Assembly: GCA_964016885.1 (NCBI GenBank)
Contig: OZ024744.1
Location: forward strand, 47,430,001-47,494,000
Source of the DNA: Eledone cirrhosa
Lineage: Eukaryota
DNA: 64,000 bases
Direction of reading: 5' to 3'
Position 1 is the first letter of the stretch. Each line of letters opens with the position of its first letter. The notes below the pieces were generated by a model. The model had not been told where the DNA came from and made no database searches. It saw nothing but the letters and a program-made list of their open reading frames with translations. A program made the position numbers and the translations under genes. Of this stretch, positions 37,301 to 52,300 are shown one piece after another.

Positions 37301-40300
37301 TGCTTTTTGCTGTGTCTTTCACATGTCCACTTTACAGTGTGGGCTGGGTGCTTTTTGCAGTGTCTATCACACGTCCACTTTAGAGTGTGGGCTGCGTGCT
37401 TTTTGCTGTGTCTTTCACATGTCCACATTACAATGTGGGCTGGGTGCTTTTTGCTGTACCTTTCACATGTCCACTTTACAGTGTGGGCTGGGTGGTTGTT
37501 GCTGTGTCTTTCTCACGTCCACTTTACAGTGTGGGCTGGGTGCTTTTTGCTGTGTCTTTCACACGTCAACTTTACAGTGTGGGCTGTGTGCTTTTTGCTG
37601 TGTCTTTCACACGTCCACTTTACAGTGTGGGCTGGGTGCTTTTTGCTGTGTCTTTCACATGTCCACTTTATAGTGTGGGCTGGGTGCTTTTTGCAGTGTC
37701 TTTCACACGTCCACTTTACAGTGTGGGCTGGGTGCTTTTTGCTGTGTCTTTCACATGTCCACTTTACAGTGTGGGCTGGGTGCTTTTTGCAGTGTCTATC
37801 ACACGTCCACTTTAGAGTGTGGGCTGCGTGCTTTTTGCTGTGTCTTTCACATGTCCACATTACAATGTGGGCTGGGTGCTTTTTGCTGTACCTTTCACAT
37901 GTCCACTTTACAGTGTGGGCTGGGTGGTTGTTGCTGTGTCTTTCTCACGTCCACTTTACAGTGTGGGCTGGGTGCTTTTTGCTGTGTCTTTCACACGTCA
38001 ACTTTGCAGTGTGGGCTGTGTGCTTTTTGCAGTGTCTTTGACACGTCCACTTTACAGTGTGGGCTGGGTGCTTTTTGCTGTGTCTTTAACATGTCCACTT
38101 TACAGTGTCGGCTGGGTGATTTTTGTTGTGTCTTTCACATGTCCACTTTACAGTGTGGGCTGGGTGCTTTTTACAGTGTCTTTCACATGTCCACTTTACA
38201 GTGTGGGCTGTGTTCTTTTTGCTGTGTCTTTCACATGTCCACTTTACAGTGTGGGCTGGGTGCATTTTGCTGTGTCTTTCACACGTCCACTTTACAGTGT
38301 GGGCTGGGTGCTTTTTGCAGTGTCTTTCACACGTCCACTTTACAGTGTGGGCTGGGTGCTTTTTGCTGTGTCTTTCACATGTCCACTTTACAGTGTGGGT
38401 TGGGTGCTTTTGCTGTGTCTTTCACTTGTCCATTTTACAGTGTGGGCTGTGTGCTTTTTGCTGTGTCTTTCACATGTCCACTTTACAATGTGGGCTGGGT
38501 GCTTTTTGCTGTGCCTTTCACATGTCCACTTTACAGTGTGGGCTGGGTAGTTGTTGCTGTGCCTTTCTCACGTCCACTTTACAGTGTGGGCTGGGTGCTT
38601 TTTGCTGTGTCTTTCACACGTCAACTTTACAGTGTGGGCTGGGTGCTTTTTGCTATGTCTTTCACATGTCCACTTTACAGTGTGGGCTGTGTGCTTTTTG
38701 CAGTGTCTTTCACATGTCCACTTTACAGTGTGGGCTGGGTGCTTTTTGCTGTGTCTTTAACATGTCCACTTTACAGTGTCGGCTGGGTGATTTTTGCTGT
38801 GTCTTTCACATGTCCACTTTACAGTGTGGGCTGGGTGCTTTTTACAGTGTCTTTCACACGTCCACTTTACAGTGTGGGCTGGGTGCTTTTTGCTGTGTCT
38901 TTCACATGTCCACTTTACAGTGTGGGCTGGGTGCTTTTTGCTGTGTCTTTCACATGTCCACTTTACAGTGTGGGCTGGGTGCTTTTTGCTGTGTCTTTCA
39001 CATGTCCACTTTATAGTGTGGGCTGGGTGCTTTTTTCAGTGTCTTTCACACGTCCACTTTACAGTGTGGGCTGGGTGCTTTTTGCTGTGTCTTTCACATG
39101 TCCACTTTACAGTGTGGGCTGGGTGCTTTTTGCTGTGTCTTTCACACGTCCACTTTACAGTATGGGCTGGGTGCTTTTTGCTGTGTCTTTCACATGTCCA
39201 GTTTACAGTGTGGGCTGGGTGCCTTTTGCAGTGTCTTTCACATGTCCACTTTACAGTGTGGGCTGGGTGCTTTTTGTTGTGTCTTTCACACGTCCACTTT
39301 ACAGTGTGGGGTGGGTGCTTTTTGCTGTGTCTTTCACATGTCCACTTTACAGTGTGGGCTGGGTGCTTTTTGCTGTGTCTTTCACATGTCCACTTTACAG
39401 TGTGGGCTGGGTGCTTTTTGCTGTGTCTTTCACAGGTCCACTTTATAGTGTGGGCTGGATGCTTTTTTCAGTGTCTTTCACACTTCCACTTTACAGTGTG
39501 GGCTGGGTGCTTTTTGCTGTGTCTTTCACATGTCCACTTTACAGTGTGGGCTGGGTGCTTTTTGCTGTGTCTTTCACACGTCCACTTTACAGTATGGGCT
39601 GGGTGCTTTTTGCTGTGTCTTTCACATGTCCAGTTTACAGTGTGGGCTGGGTGCCTTTTGCAGTGTCTTTCACATGTCCACTTTACAGTGTGGGCTGGGT
39701 GCTTTTTGCTGTGTCTTTCACACGTCCACTTTACAGTGTGGGGTGGGTGCTTTTTGCGGTGTCTTTCACACGTCCACTTTACAGTGTGGGCTGGGTGCTT
39801 TTTGCTGTGTCTTTCACACGTCCACTTTAGAGTGTGGGCTGGCTGCTTTTTGCTGTGTCTTTCACACGTCCACTTTACAGTGTGGGGTGGGTGCTTTTTG
39901 CTGTGTCTTTCACACGTCCACTTTACAGTGTGGGCTGGGTGCTTTTTGCTGTGTCTTTTACACGTCCACTTTACAGTATGGGCTGGGTGCTTTTTGGTGT
40001 GTCTTTCACACGTCCACTTTACAGTGTGGGCTGGGTACTTTTTGCTTTGTCTTTCACACGTCCACTTTACAGTGTGGGGTGGGTGCTTTTTGCTGTATCT
40101 TTCACATATCCACTTTACAGTGTGGGTTGGGTGCTTTTTGCAGTGTCTTTCAAACGTCCACTTTACAGTGTGGCTGGGTGCTTTTTGCTGTGTCTTTCAC
40201 ATGTCCACTTTATAGTGTGGGCTGGGTGCTTTTTGCAGTGTCTTTCACACGTCCACTTTGAAGTGTGTGCTGGGTGCTTTTTGCTGTGTCTTTCACATGT

Positions 40301-43300
40301 CCACTTTACAGTGTGGGCTGGGTGCTTTTTGCTGTGTCTTTCACACGTCCACTTTACAGTGTGGGCTGGGTGCTTTTTGCTGTGTCTTTCACATGTCCAC
40401 TTTACAGTGTGGGCTGGGTGCTTTTTGCAGTGTCTATCACACCTCCACTTTAGAGTGTGGGCTGCGTGCTTTTTGCTGTGTCTTTCACATGTCCACTTTA
40501 CAATGTGGGCTGGGTGCTTTTTGCTGTGCCTTTCACATGTCCACTTTACAGTGTGGGCTGGGTGGTTGTTGCTGTGTCTTTCTCACGTCCACTTTACAGT
40601 GTGGGCTGGGTGCTTTTTGCTGTGTCTTTCACACGTCAACTTTGCAGTGTGGGCTGTGTGCTTTTTGCAGTGTCTTTCACACGTCCACTTTACAGTGTGG
40701 GCTGGGTGCTTTTTGCTGTGTCTTTAACATGTCCACTTTACAGTGTCGGCTGGGTGATTTTTGTTGTGTCTTTCACATGTCCACTTTACAGTGTGGGCTG
40801 GGTGCTTTTTACAGTGTCTTTCACATGTCCACTTTACAGTGTCGGCTGGGTGATTTTTGCTGTGTCTTTCACATGTCCACTTTACAGTGTGGGCTGGGTG
40901 CTTTTTACAGTGTCTTTCACACGTCCACTTTACAGTGTGGGCTGGGTGCTTTTTGCTGTGTCTTTCACATGTCAACTTTACAGTGTGGGCTGGGTGCTTT
41001 TTGCTGTGTCTTTCACATGTCCACTTTACAGTGTGGGCTGGGTGCTTTTTGCTGTGTCTTTCACATGTCCACTTTATAGTGTGGGCTGGGTGCTTTTTTC
41101 AATGTCTTTCACACGTCCACTTTACAGTGTGGGCTGGGTGCTTTTTGCTGTGTCTTTCACATGTCCACTTTACAGTATGGGCTGGGTGCTTTTTGCTGTG
41201 TCTTTCACACGTCCACTTTACAGTATGGGCTGGGTGCTTTTTGCTGTGTCTTTCACATGTCCAGTTTACAGTGTGGGCTGGGTGCCTTTTGCAGTGTCTT
41301 TCACATGTCCACTTTACAGTGTGGGCTGGGTGCTTTTTGCTGTGTCTTTCACACGTCCACTTTACAGTGTGGGGTGGGTGCTTTTTGCGGTGTCTTTCAC
41401 ACGTCCACTTTACAGTGTGGGCTGGGTGCTTTTTGCTGTGTCTTTCACACGTCCACTTTACAGTGTGGGCTGGCTGCTTTTTGCTGTGTCTTTCACATGT
41501 CCACTTTACAGTGTGGGGTGGGTGCTTTTTGCTCTGTCTTTCACATATCCACTTTACAGTGTGGATTGGGTGCTTTTTGCAGTGTCTTTCACATGTCCAC
41601 TTTATAGTGTGGGCTGGGTGCTTTTTGCAGTGTCTTTCACACGTCCACTTTACAGTGTGGGCTGGGTGCTTTTTGCTGTGTCTTTCACATGTCCACTTTA
41701 CAGTGTGGGCTGGGTGCTTTTTGCTGTGTCTTTCACACGTCCACTTTACAGTGTGGGCTGGGTGCTTTTTGCTGTGTCTTTCACACGTCCACTTTACAGT
41801 GTGGGCTGCGTGCTTTTTGCTGTGTCTTTCACATGTCCACTTTACAGTGCGGGCTGGGTGCTTTTTGCTGTGGCTTTCACATGTCCACTTTACAGTGTGG
41901 GCTGAGTGCTTTTTGCTGTGTCTTTCACACGTCCACTTTACAGTATGGGCTGGGTGCTTTTTGCTGTGTCTTTCACACGTCCACTTTACAGTGTGGGATG
42001 GGTGCTTTTTGCTGTGTCTTTCACATGTCCACTTTACAATGTGGGCTGGGTGCGTTTTGCTGTGTCTTTCACATGTCCACTTTACAGTGTGGGCTGTGTG
42101 CTTGTTGCTGTGTCTTTCTCACGTCCACTTTACAGTGTGGGCTGGGTGCTTTTTGCTGTGTCTTTCACATGTCCACTTTAGAGTGTGGGCTGGGTGCTTT
42201 TTGCAGTGTCTTTCACACATCCACTTTACAGTGTGGGCTGGGTACTTTTTGCTGTGTCTTTCACATGTCCACTTTACAGTGTGGGCTAGGTGCTTTTTGC
42301 TGTGTCTTTCACTTGTCCACTTTACAGTGTGGGCTGTGTGCTTTTTGCTGTGTCTTTCACATGTCCACATTACAATGTGGGCTGGGTGCTTTTTGCTGTG
42401 CCTTTCACATGTCCACTTTACAGTGTGGGCTGGGTGGTTGTTGCTGTGTCTTTCTCATGTCCACTTTACAGTGTGGGCTGGGTGCTTTTTGCTGTGTCTT
42501 TCACACGTCCACTTTACAGTGTGGGCTGCGTGCTTTTTGCTGTGTCTTTCACATGTCCACTTTACAGTGTGGGCTGGGTTATTTTTGCAGTGTCTTTCAC
42601 ACGTCCACTTTACAGTGTGGGCTGCGTGCTTTTTGCTGTGTCTTTCACATGTCCACTTTACAGTGCGGGCTGGGTGCTTTTTGTTGTGTCTTTCACATGT
42701 CCACTTTACAGTGTGGGCTGGGTGCTTTTTGCTGTGTCTTTCACACGTCCACTTTACAGTATGGGCTGGGTGCCTTTTGCTGTGTCTTTCACACGTCCAC
42801 TTTACAGTGTGGGCTCGGTGCTTTTTGCTGTGTCTTTCACATGTCCACTTTACAATGTGGGCTGGGTGCTTTTTGCTGTGTCTTTCACATGTCCACTTTA
42901 CAGTGTGGGCTGGGTGCTTGTTGCTGTGTCTTTCTCACGTCCACTTTACAGTGTGGGCTGGGTGCTTTTTGCTGAGTCTTTCACATGTCCACTTTACAGT
43001 GTGGGCTGGGTGGTTGTTGCTGTGTCTTTCTCACGTCCACTTTACAGTGTGGGCTGGGTGCTTTTTGCTGTGTCTTTCACACGTCCACTTTACAGTTTGG
43101 GCTGCGTGCTTTTTGCTGTCTCTTTCACATGTCCACTTTACAGTGTGGGCTGGGTGCTTTTTGCTGTGTCTTTCACATGTCCACTTTACAATGTGGGCTG
43201 GGTGCTTTTTGCTCTGTCTTTCACATATCCACTTTACAGTGTGGATTGGGTGCTTTTTGTAGTGTCTTTCACACGTCCACTTTAGAGTGTGGGCTGGGTG

Positions 43301-46300
43301 CTTTTTGCTTTGTCTTTCACACGTCCACTTTACAGTGTGGGGTGGGTGCTTTTTGCTGTATCTTTCACATATCCACTTTACAGTGTGGGTTGGGTGCTTT
43401 TTGCAGTGTCTTTCAAACGTCCACTTTACAGTGTGGCTGGGTGCTTTTTGCTGTGCCTTTCACATGTCCACTTTACAGTGTGGGCTGGGTGGTTGTTGCT
43501 GTGTCTTTCTCACGTCCACTTTACAGTGTGGGCTGGGTGCTTTTTGCTGTGTCTTTCACATGTCCACTTTACAGTGTGGGCTGTGTGCTTTTTGCAGTGT
43601 CTTTCACACGTCCACTTTACAGTGTGGGCTGGGTGCTTTTTGCTGTGTCTTTAACATGTCCACTTTACAGTGTCGGCTGGGTGGTTGTTGCTGTGTCTTT
43701 CTCACGTCCACTTTACAGTGTAGGCTGGGTGCTTTTTGCTGTGTCTTTCACATGTCCACTTTACAGTGTGGGCTGGGTGCTTTTTGCAGTGTCTATCACA
43801 CGTCCACTTTAGAGTGTGGGCTGCGTGCTTTTTGCTGTGTCTTTCACATGTCCACATTACAATGTGGGCTGGGTGCTTTTTGCTGTACCTTTCACATGTC
43901 CACTTTACAGTGTGGGCTGGGTGGTTGTTGCTGTGTCTTTCTCACGTCCACTTTACAGTGTGGGCTGGGTGCTTTTTGCTGTGTCTTTCACACGTCAACT
44001 TTACAGTGTGGGCTGTGTGCTTTTTGCTGTGTCTTTCACACGTCCACTTTACAGTGTGGGCTGGGTGCTTTTTGCTGTGTCTTTCACATGTCCACTTTAC
44101 AGTGTGGGCTGGGTGCTTTTTGCAGTGTCTATCACACCTCCACTTTAGAGTGTGGGCTGCGTGCTTTTTGCTGTGTCTTTCACATGTCCACTTTACAATG
44201 TGGGCTGGGTGCTTTTTGCTGTGCCTTTCACATGTCCACTTTACAGTGTGGGCTGGGTGGTTGTTGCTGTGTCTTTCTCACGTCCACTTTACAGTGTGGG
44301 CTGGGTGCTTTTTGCTGTGTCTTTCACACGTCAACTTTGCAGTGTGGGCTGTGTGCTTTTTGCAGTGTCTTTGACACGTCCACTTTACAGTGTGGGCTGG
44401 GTGCTTTTTGCTGTGTCTTTAACATGTCCACTTTACAGTGTCGGCTGGGTGATTTTTGTTGTGTCTTTCACATGTCCACTTTACAGTGTGGGCTGGGTGC
44501 TTTTTACAGTGTCTTTCACATGTCCACTTTACAGTGTGGGCTGTGTTCTTTTTGCTGTGTCTTTCACATGTCCACTTTACAGTGTGGGCTGGGTGCATTT
44601 TGCTGTGTCTTTCACACGTCCACTTTACAGTGTGGGCTGGGTGCTTTTTGCAGTGTCTTTCACACGTCCACTTTACAGTGTGGGCTGGGTGCTTTTTGCT
44701 GTGTCTTTCACATGTCCACTTTACAGTGTGGGTTGGGTGCTTTTGCTGTGTCTTTCACTTGTCCATTTTACAGTGTGGGCTGTGTGCTTTTTGCTGTGTC
44801 TTTCACATGTCCACTTTACAATGTGGGCTGGGTGCTTTTTGCTGTGCCTTTCACATGTCCACTTTACAGTGTGGGCTGGGTAGTTGTTGCTGTGCCTTTC
44901 TCACGTCCACTTTACAGTGTGGGCTGTGTGCTTTTTGCTGTGTCTTTCACACGTCAACTTTACAGTGTGGGCTGGGTGCTTTTTGCTATGTCTTTCACAT
45001 GTCCACTTTACAGTGTGGGCTGTGTGCTTTTTGCAGTGTCTTTCACATGTCCACTTTACAGTGTGGGCTGGGTGCTTTTTGCTGTGTCTTTAACATGTCC
45101 ACTTTACAGTGTCGGCTGGGTGATTTTTGCTGTGTCTTTCACATGTCCACTTTACAGTGTGGGCTGGGTGCTTTTTACAGTGTCTTTCACACGTCCACTT
45201 TACAGTGTGGGCTGGGTGCTTTTTGCTGTGTCTTTCACATGTCCACTTTACAGTGTGGGCTGGGTGCTTTTTGCTGTGTCTTTCACATGTCCACTTTACA
45301 GTGTGGGCTGGGTGCTTTTTGCTGTGTCTTTCACATGTCCACTTTATAGTGTGGGCTGGGTGCTTTTTTCAGTGTCTTTCACACGTCCACTTTACAGTGT
45401 GGGCTGGGTGCTTTTTGCTGTGTCTTTCACATGTCCACTTTACAGTGTGGGCTGGGTGCTTTTTGCTGTGTCTTTCACACGTCCACTTTACAGTATGGGC
45501 TGGGTGCTTTTTGCTGTGTCTTTCACATGTCCAGTTTACAGTGTGGGCTGGGTGCCTTTTGCAGTGTCTTTCACATGTCCACTTTACAGTGTGGGCTGGG
45601 TGCTTTTTGTTGTGTCTTTCACACGTCAAATTTACAGTGTGGGGTGGGTGCTTTTTGCTGTGTCTTTCACATGTCCACTTTACAGTGTGGGCTGGGTGCT
45701 TTTTGCTGTGTCTTTCACATGTCCACTTTACAGTGTGGGCTGGGTGCTTTTTGCTGTGTCTTTCACAGGTCCACTTTATAGTGTGGGCTGGGTGCTTTTT
45801 TCAGTGTCTTTCACACTTCCACTTTACAGTGTGGGCTGGGTGCTTTTTGCTGTGTCTTTCACATGTCCACTTTACAGTGTGGGCTGGGTGCTTTTTGCTG
45901 TGTCTTTCACACGTCCACTTTACAGTATGGGCTGGGTGCTTTTTGCTGTGTCTTTCACATGTCCAGTTTACAGTGTGGGCTGGGTGCCTTTTGCAGTGTC
46001 TTTCACATGTCCACTTTACAGTGTGGGCTGGGTGCTTTTTGCTGTGTCTTTCACACGTCCACTTTACAGTGTGGGGTGGGTGCTTTTTGCGGTGTCTTTC
46101 ACACGTCCACTTTACAGTGTGGGCTGGGTGCTTTTTGCTGTGTCTTTCACACGTCCACTTTAGAGTGTGGGCTGGCTGCTTTTTGCTGTGTCTTTCACAC
46201 GTCCACTTTACAGTGTGGGGTGGGTGCTTTTTGCTGTGTCTTTCACATGTCCACTTTACAGTGTGGGCTGGGTGCTTTTTGCTGTGTCTTTTACACGTCC

Positions 46301-49300
46301 ACTTTACAGTATGGGCTGGGTGTTTTTTGCTGTGTCTTTCACACGTCCACTTTACAGTGTGGGCTGGGTGCTTTTTGCTTTGTCTTTCACACGTCCACTT
46401 TACAGTGTGGGGTGGGTGCTTTTTGCTGTATCTTTCACATATCCACTTTACAGTGTGGGTTGGGTGCTTTTTGCAGTGTCTTTCAAACGTCCACTTTACA
46501 GTGTGGCTGGGTGCTTTTTGCTGTGTCTTTCACATGTCCACTTTATAGTGTGGGCTGGGTGCTTTTTGCAGTGTCTTTCACACGTCCACTTTGAAGTGTG
46601 TGCTGGGTGCTTTTTGCTGTGTCTTTCACATGTCCACTTTACAGTGTGGGCTGGGTGCTTTTTGCTGTGTCTTTCACACGTCCACTTTACAGTGTGGGCT
46701 GGGTGCTTTTTGCTGTGTCTTTCACATGTCCACTTTACAGTGTGGGCTGGGTGCTTTTTGCAGTGTCTATCACACCTCCACTTTAGAGTGTGGGCTGCGT
46801 GCTTTTTGCTGTGTCTTTCACATGTCCACTTTACAATGTGGGCTGGGTGCTTTTTGCTGTGCCTTTCACATGTCCACTTTACAGTGTGGGCTGGGTGGTT
46901 GTTGCTGTGTCTTTCTCACGTCCACTTTACAGTGTGGGCTGGGTGCTTTTTGCTGTGTCTTTCACATGTCCACTTTACAGTGTGGGCTGTGTGCTTTTTG
47001 CAGTGTCTTTCACACGTCCACTTTACAGTGTGGGCTGGGTGCTTTTTGCTGTGTCTTTAACATGTCCACTTTACAGTGTCGGCTGGGTGGTTGTTGCTGT
47101 GTCTTTCTCACGTCCACTTTACAGTGTAGGCTGGGTGCTTTTTGCTGTGTCTTTCACATGTCCACTTTACAGTGTGGGCTGGGTGCTTTTTGCAGTGTCT
47201 ATCACACGTCCACTTTAGAGTGTGGGCTGCGTGCTTTTTGCTGTGTCTTTCACATGTCCACATTACAATGTGGGCTGGGTGCTTTTTGCTGTACCTTTCA
47301 CATGTCCACTTTACAGTGTGGGCTGGGTGGTTGTTGCTGTGTCTTTCTCACGTCCACTTTACAGTGTGGGCTGGGTGCTTTTTGCTGTGTCTTTCACACG
47401 TCAACTTTACAGTGTGGGCTGTGTGCTTTTTGCTGTGTCTTTCACACGTCCACTTTACAGTGTGGGCTGGGTGCTTTTTGCTGTGTCTTTCACATGTCCA
47501 CTTTACAGTGTGGGCTGGGTGCTTTTTGCAGTGTCTATCACACCTCCACTTTAGAGTGTGGGCTGCGTGCTTTTTGCTGTGTCTTTCACATGTCCACTTT
47601 ACAATGTGGGCTGGGTGCTTTTTGCTGTGCCTTTCACATGTCCACTTTACAGTGTGGGCTGGGTGGTTGTTGCTGTGTCTTTCTCACGTCCACTTTACAG
47701 TGTGGGCTGGGTGCTTTTTGCTGTGTCTTTCACACGTCAACTTTGCAGTGTGGGCTGTGTGCTTTTTGCAGTGTCTTTGACACGTCCACTTTACAGTGTG
47801 GGCTGGGTGCTTTTTGCTGTGTCTTTAACATGTCCACTTTACAGTGTCGGCTGGGTGATTTTTGTTGTGTCTTTCACATGTCCACTTTACAGTGTGGGCT
47901 GGGTGCTTTTTACAGTGTCTTTCACATGTCCACTTTACAGTGTGGGCTGTGTTCTTTTTGCTGTGTCTTTCACATGTCCACTTTACAGTGTGGGCTGGGT
48001 GCATTTTGCTGTGTCTTTCACACGTCCACTTTACAGTGTGGGCTGGGTGCTTTTTGCAGTGTCTTTCACACGTCCACTTTACAGTGTGGGCTGGGTGCTT
48101 TTTGCTGTGTCTTTCACATGTCCACTTTACAGTGTGGGTTGGGTGCTTTTGCTGTGTCTTTCACTTGTCCATTTTACAGTGTGGGCTGTGTGCTTTTTGC
48201 TGTGTCTTTCACATGTCCACTTTACAATGTGGGCTGGGTGCTTTTTGCTGTGCCTTTCACATGTCCACTTTACAGTGTGGGCTGGGTAGTTGTTGCTGTG
48301 CCTTTCTCACGTCCACTTTACAGTGTGGGCTGTGTGCTTTTTGCTGTGTCTTTCACACGTCAACTTTACAGTGTGGGCTGGGTGCTTTTTGCTATGTCTT
48401 TCACATGTCCACTTTACAGTGTGGGCTGTGTGCTTTTTGCAGTGTCTTTCACATGTCCACTTTACAGTGTGGGCTGGGTGCTTTTTGCTGTGTCTTTAAC
48501 ATGTCCACTTTACAGTGTCGGCTGGGTGATTTTTGCTGTGTCTTTCACATGTCCACTTTACAGTGTGGGCTGGGTGCTTTTTACAGTGTCTTTCACACGT
48601 CCACTTTACAGTGTGGGCTGGGTGCTTTTTGCTGTGTCTTTCACATGTCCACTTTACAGTGTGGGCTGGGTGCTTTTTGCTGTGTCTTTCACATGTCCAC
48701 TTTACAGTGTGGGCTGGGTGCTTTTTGCTGTGTCTTTCACATGTCCACTTTATAGTGTGGGCTGGGTGCTTTTTTCAGTGTCTTTCACACGTCCACTTTA
48801 CAGTGTGGGCTGGGTGCTTTTTGCTGTGTCTTTCACATGTCCACTTTACAGTGTGGGCTGGGTGCTTTTTGCTGTGTCTTTCACACGTCCACTTTACAGT
48901 ATGGGCTGGGTGCTTTTTGCTGTGTCTTTCACATGTCCAGTTTACAGTGTGGGCTGGGTGCCTTTTGCAGTGTCTTTCACATGTCCACTTTACAGTGTGG
49001 GCTGGGTGCTTTTTGTTGTGTCTTTCACACGTCAAATTTACAGTGTGGGGTGGGTGCTTTTTGCTGTGTCTTTCACATGTCCACTTTACAGTGTGGGCTG
49101 GGTGCTTTTTGCTGTGTCTTTCACATGTCCACTTTACAGTGTGGGCTGGGTGCTTTTTGCTGTGTCTTTCACAGGTCCACTTTATAGTGTGGGCTGGGTG
49201 CTTTTTTCAGTGTCTTTCACACTTCCACTTTACAGTGTGGGCTGGGTGCTTTTTGCTGTGTCTTTCACATGTCCACTTTACAGTGTGGGCTGGGTGCTTT

Positions 49301-52300
49301 TTGCTGTGTCTTTCACACGTCCACTTTACAGTATGGGCTGGGTGCTTTTTGCTGTGTCTTTCACATGTCCAGTTTACAGTGTGGGCTGGGTGCCTTTTGC
49401 AGTGTCTTTCACATGTCCACTTTACAGTGTGGGCTGGGTGCTTTTTGCTGTGTCTTTCACACGTCCACTTTACAGTGTGGGGTGGGTGCTTTTTGCGGTG
49501 TCTTTCACACGTCCACTTTACAGTGTGGGCTGGGTGCTTTTTGCTGTGTCTTTCACACGTCCACTTTAGAGTGTGGGCTGGCTGCTTTTTGCTGTGTCTT
49601 TCACACGTCCACTTTACAGTGTGGGGTGGGTGCTTTTTGCTGTGTCTTTCACATGTCCACTTTACAGTGTGGGCTGGGTGCTTTTTGCTGTGTCTTTTAC
49701 ACGTCCACTTTACAGTATGGGCTGGGTGTTTTTTGCTGTGTCTTTCACACGTCCACTTTACAGTGTGGGCTGGGTGCTTTTTGCTTTGTCTTTCACACGT
49801 CCACTTTACAGTGTGGGGTGGGTGCTTTTTGCTGTATCTTTCACATATCCACTTTACAGTGTGGGTTGGGTGCTTTTTGCAGTGTCTTTCAAACGTCCAC
49901 TTTACAGTGTGGCTGGGTGCTTTTTGCTGTGTCTTTCACATGTCCACTTTATAGTGTGGGCTGGGTGCTTTTTGCAGTGTCTTTCACACGTCCACTTTGA
50001 AGTGTGTGCTGGGTGCTTTTTGCTGTGTCTTTCACATGTCCACTTTACAGTGTGGGCTGGGTGCTTTTTGCTGTGTCTTTCACACGTCCACTTTACAGTG
50101 TGGGCTGGGTGCTTTTTGCTGTGTCTTTCACATGTCCACTTTACAGTGTGGGCTGGGTGCTTTTTGCAGTGTCTATCACACCTCCACTTTAGAGTGTGGG
50201 CTGCGTGCTTTTTGCTGTGTCTTTCACATGTCCACTTTACAATGTGGGCTGGGTGCTTTTTGCTGTGCCTTTCACATGTCCACTTTACAGTGTGGGCTGG
50301 GTGGTTGTTGCTGTGTCTTTCTCACGTCCACTTTACAGTGTGGGCTGGGTGCTTTTTGCTGTGTCTTTCACACGTCAACTTTGTAGTGTGGGCTGTGTGC
50401 TTTTTGCAGTGTCTTTCACACGTCCACTTTACAGTGTGGGCTGGGTGCTTTTTGCTGTGTCTTTAACATGTCCACTTTACAGTGTCGGCTGGGTGATTTT
50501 TGTTGTGTCTTTCACATGTCCACTTTACAGTGTGGGCTGGGTGATTTTTACAGTGTCTTTCACATGTCCACTTTACAGTGTCGGCTGGGTGATTTTTGCT
50601 GTGTCTTTCACATGTCCACTTTACAGTGTGGGCTGGGTGCTTTTTACAGTGTCTTTCACACGTCCACTTTACAGTGTGGGCTGGGTGCTTTTTGCTGTGT
50701 CTTTCACATGTCAACTTTACAGTGTGGGCTGGGTGCTTTTTGCTGTGTCTTTCACATGTCCACTTTACAGTGTGGGCTGGGTGCTTTTTGCTGTGTCTTT
50801 CACATGTCCACTTTATAGTGTGGGCTGGGTGCTTTTTTCAATGTCTTTCACACGTCCACTTTACAGTGTGGGCTGGGTGCTTTTTGCTGTGTCTTTCACA
50901 TGTCCACTTTACAGTATGGGCTGGGTGCTTTTTGCTGTGTCTTTCACACGTCCACTTTACAGTATGGGCTGGGTGCTTTTTGCTGTGTCTTTCACATGTC
51001 CAGTTTACAGTGTGGGCTGGGTGCCTTTTGCAGTGTCTTTCACATGTCCACTTTACAGTGTGGGCTGGGTGCTTTTTGCTGTGTCTTTCACACGTCCACT
51101 TTACAGTGTGGGGTGGGTGCTTTTTGCGGTGTCTTTCACACGTCCACTTTACAGTGTGGGCTGGGTGCTTTTTGCTGTGTCTTTCACACGTCCACTTTAC
51201 AGTGTGGGCTGGCTGCTTTTTGCTGTGTCTTTCACATGTCCACTTTACAGTGTGGGGTGGGTGCTTTTTGCTCTGTCTTTCACATATCCACTTTACAGTG
51301 TGGATTGGGTGCTTTTTGCAGTGTCTTTCACATGTCCACTTTATAGTGTGGGCTGGGTGCTTTTTGCAGTGTCTTTCACACGTCCACTTTACAGTGTGGG
51401 CTGGGTGCTTTTTGCTGTGTCTTTCACATGTCCACTTTACAGTGTGGGCTGGGTGCTTTTTGCTGTGTCTTTCACACGTCCACTTTACAGTGTGGGCTGG
51501 GTGCTTTTTGCTGTGTCTTTCACACGTCCACTTTACAGTGTGGGCTGCGTGCTTTTTGCTGTGTCTTTCACATGTCCACTTTACAGTGCGGGCTGGGTGC
51601 TTTTTGCTGTGGCTTTCACATGTCCACTTTACAGTGTGGGCTGAGTGCTTTTTGCTGTGTCTTTCACACGTCCACTTTACAGTATGGGCTGGGTGCTTTT
51701 TGCTGTGTCTTTCACACGTCCACTTTACAGTGTGGGATGGGTGCTTTTTGCTGTGTCTTTCACATGTCCACTTTACAATGTGGGCTGGGTGCTTTTTGCT
51801 GTGTCTTTCACATGTCCACTTTACAGTGTGGGCTGTGTGCTTGTTGCTGTGTCTTTCTCACGTCCACTTTACAGTGTGGGCTGGGTGCTTTTTGCTGTGT
51901 CTTTCACATGTCCACTTTAGAGTGTGGGCTGGGTGCTTTTTGCAGTGTCTTTCACACATCCACTTTACAGTGTGGGCTGGGTACTTTTTGCTGTGTCTTT
52001 CACATGTCCACTTTACAGTGTGGGCTAGGTGCTTTTTGCTGTGTCTTTCACTTGTCCACTTTACAGTGTGGGCTGTGTGCTTTTTGCTGTGTCTTTCACA
52101 TGTCCACATTACAATGTGGGCTGGGTGCTTTTTGCTGTGCCTTTCACATGTCCACTTTACAGTGTGGGCTGGGTGGTTGTTGCTGTGTCTTTCTCATGTC
52201 CACTTTACAGTGTGGGCTGGGTGCTTTTTGCTGTGTCTTTCACACGTCCACTTTACAGTGTGGGCTGCGTGCTTTTTGCTGTGTCTTTCACATGTCCACT

